Shown here piece after piece: positions 57,701 through 58,724 of a stretch of 58,724 nt of DNA. Position numbers and translations under genes: made by a program. This stretch comes from an uncultured archaeon (GTDB taxonomy: Archaea; Altiarchaeota; Altiarchaeia; JAFGQM01). The DNA lies in contig CAZUDQ010000002.1 of assembly GCA_964619365.1 (NCBI GenBank), positions 132,815-191,538 on the forward strand. The letters are read 5' to 3'. Each line of letters starts with the position of its first letter. Positions within the stretch are counted from its first letter, which is position 1. A model generated the notes under the pieces. It saw only the letters and a program-made list of their open reading frames with translations, had not been told where the DNA came from and ran no database searches.

Positions 57701-58724
57701 CCTCCTGAAATATCATAATCAGTAATGCTTAAGTTCTTAAAGTTCTCGGTCACCCAGCCAAATAGGCCTCCTTTATAACTTCCGCGGTTGTTTATCTCTA
57801 GATTTGATATCGCGTGGCCTGCGCCATCAAGGTTTCCAAAGAACATGTACTCTGGGGCCTGCCAGGTAACACCAGTCATGTCAATATCACTTGTTATCTC
57901 ATAGTTGCACACAATACATGAGTCTGCCGCGGCTAAGTCATCTGCGTCAGTTAAGAGACATGGGTCATTAAGTGTCCCATTCCCACTCATGGCGTTGGGG
58001 CAGTCCATCGCTTGTGGCTCAACAAATGACGGGCAGGATTCGTCCGTCCCATAAAGTGTCTGGTATCCTGTAGTGTTGCAGGCATCACTCCACGGCGGGA
58101 AGCTCCACTCTGAGATTGGAGTATTGTTTATGTTAAAGAAGTATGATTCATCAGTTATTGCTGTGCATCCAGTGTTAGTTGACTGCGTGCAGAAGTTTGC
58201 GCGGTCTGTGCTCCTATTTAGCCAGTAAGCATTTGTGAGGTAGTTTAGGTCATTTGTTCCAAACATAGCCCCACCGCTTGTCGCGTAGTTAAGCGTTCCG
58301 GCTGAATAGACGTTTTGGACCTGCGCGCGGTAGCCGCGTCCGTAGATTCCGCCGACTTGGTGACCTCCGTTTACATTGACTAAGGAATATGAGTCTTTTA
58401 TGTGAGCGTAGTAACCGTATCCTCCGATACCTCCGGTTTCAAATCCTCCAGTTACGTTTCCTGTGGCATAACAGTTCTCAAAGCTTGTTGTGTGCGGGTA
58501 TCCAACAAGTCCTCCAGTGTAAGCAATTCCTACAATATCAACTGTTGCATAAGAGTTTTTAATCTGAGTGCCAACAGAGTGTCCAAGAAGGCCTCCGCGA
58601 TAATATTCGCCATTTACCATATCAGTTGTGGCATGTGAGTCTTCGAGTGTTGAGTAATACATTATCCCAACAAGCCCTCCCTGATGCGAGCTTCCTGCAG
58701 TTTGGGTGATATCTGCACTACAGT
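54748..58724 (-). CDS. large surface protein with GLUG-type beta-helix repeats, Cys-rich modules and C-terminal TM (5' partial)
   Basis: Frame is open to the window end. Repeated GGLVG/GGIFG; W.C.EWSEC and CDDG..CT modules; TM followed by KKR. Confidence 0.85.
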   Translation of the reverse strand, partial: CSADITQTAGSSHQGGLVGIMYYSTLEDSHATTDMVNGEYYRGGLLGHSVGTQIKNSYATVDIVGIAYTGGLVGYPHTTSFENCYATGNVTGGFETGGIGGYGYYAHIKDSYSLVNVNGGHQVGGIYGRGYRAQVQNVYSAGTLNYATSGGAMFGTNDLNYLTNAYWLNRSTDRANFCTQSTNTGCTAITDESYFFNINNTPISEWSFPPWSDACNTTGYQTLYGTDESCPSFVEPQAMDCPNAMSGNGTLNDPCLLTDADDLAAADSCIVCNYEITSDIDMTGVTWQAPEYMFFGNLDGAGHAISNLEINNRGSYKGGLFGWVTENFKNLSITDYDISGGYMAGAIATRAAYATFSDINASGRMDSTSHYVGGIVGYGASSSMLRCNFRGNITGRNHHTGGLGGVFYGATITNCSSVGNIKGNYYAGGLFGHSSSSTIRDSYARGNVSSIYATGGISGYAPSARIYDSYFDGNLAGGRIVGGIFGHAQSAIITDSYASGTVAGTESVGGLSGFSYRTRIYDSFASNLVYSTRDAGGIAGDDNFTSLNNVYWLAGGDAEYCYPTGDSGCTEISDISYFKTMDNEPFTFWDSAKWSSDCQCVGTPALTREDATCQGCPSYDAQGCGPQFVGVTNQTVFFRTDLNYPIEVFACEGIDSLTVNNTDFTIVSESLRNATELPIFTEHALRLTATDALTQSATADLTVTVTGYTTEVAVTLNDSSPVTYGTLVSASCTIVEGEGTTQLYRNGTPISEGSLGVLDTDRYNLTCIMSGTGSFGDSIDTKYLHVDKAATSVTLNVNETSPVAYTLPVNITCNGTPDSLSTVLSIDEEITSQGVKTLSPDMTHTLNCTIENTSNYNSSSDLGLLEVFPGDANFTVDFRAVPSSIDETGTVAWNLTITNLGETELTVTITTSWGAMYNRNIDSGDSYNHAWTQGVSCPTTSISRSVSVTSDTSEPVTITDSATVSVHCPAPSCSKSWSCGEWSECEDGTQTRSCSCGCPKDSQCSGNHETEQDCNACEGVTCPDDGNPCTTVECVNGECIIELLSGNTCGDSSDPCIDLVCELGMCAEIPTTSACDDGDFCTQGDLCSGGECVPGAYVCDCKTDSDCPVQECFIPSCVAGTCEFTYDETCGKEEECDADWICEEWSECVGGLKTRMCECSCESGNCGGDGTMVDTCEVNATEGALEIIIIGGEFVGDGVNVTIYDEFGNLIDGVTIQFITPDGRILSYEDGFKLYEKGKWAVMADKSGYAGNYVLLDVETKGGTGDSGIAGVLGSVADAVGDFVNWIADSAARSVLLLVAVIIAAFLIVTFAAKKRSSGIIEKI
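55245..55266. repeat. 22-bp dispersed palindrome, copy 5 (AAcACTCGCA-CA-TGCGAGTCTT), inside the surface-protein CDS
   Basis: One mismatch. Encodes KTRMCEC on the minus strand. Confidence 0.85.

Noticed and set aside
497-58638. Numerous short antisense or alternate-frame ORFs in the track (e.g. 497-862, 2550-2963, 29504-29962, 38723-39295, 45054-45593)
   Set aside because: They are shadows of well-supported genes and contain no motifs. ORF 2550-2963 is displaced by the real ferredoxin on the plus strand.

Overview
Archaeal chromosomal segment, gene-dense and moderately AT-rich. Markers include Hjc, L30e, archaeal NusA, Rpp30, Dph2/Dph6, AroA'/AroB', PPS and IPK. The split Dph2, Cys-rich surface proteins and compact spacing suggest a DPANN-like lineage; this is inference only. 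Large surface-protein genes run off both ends. Most genes are housekeeping or biosynthetic: shikimate, CoA, NAD, thiazole, lipoate, a probable modified mevalonate pathway and RNA modification. I saw no rRNA, tRNA, CRISPR array, integrase or transposase. Four features stand out. (1) A ~680-bp non-coding region (40214-40894) holds eight copies of an 18-bp palindrome, GC[AC]TCAG-W4-CTGA[GT]GC, plus nested inverted repeats. It lies between two winged-helix genes and is followed by an ~8% GC stretch and a low-GC HEPN island. It is a candidate Orc1/Cdc6-independent origin or a centromere-like site. (2) An unrelated 22-bp palindrome, AAGACTCGCA-TG-TGCGAGTCTT, occurs five times across the window, twice inside coding sequence. 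(3) A stand-alone GcvH/LipA/LplA/AhpD/CoADR-like/DsbD-like cluster may form a lipoyl-based thiol-redox relay. (4) Two divergent orphan paralogs flank proS. All family calls are from motif recognition by eye; no database searches were run.
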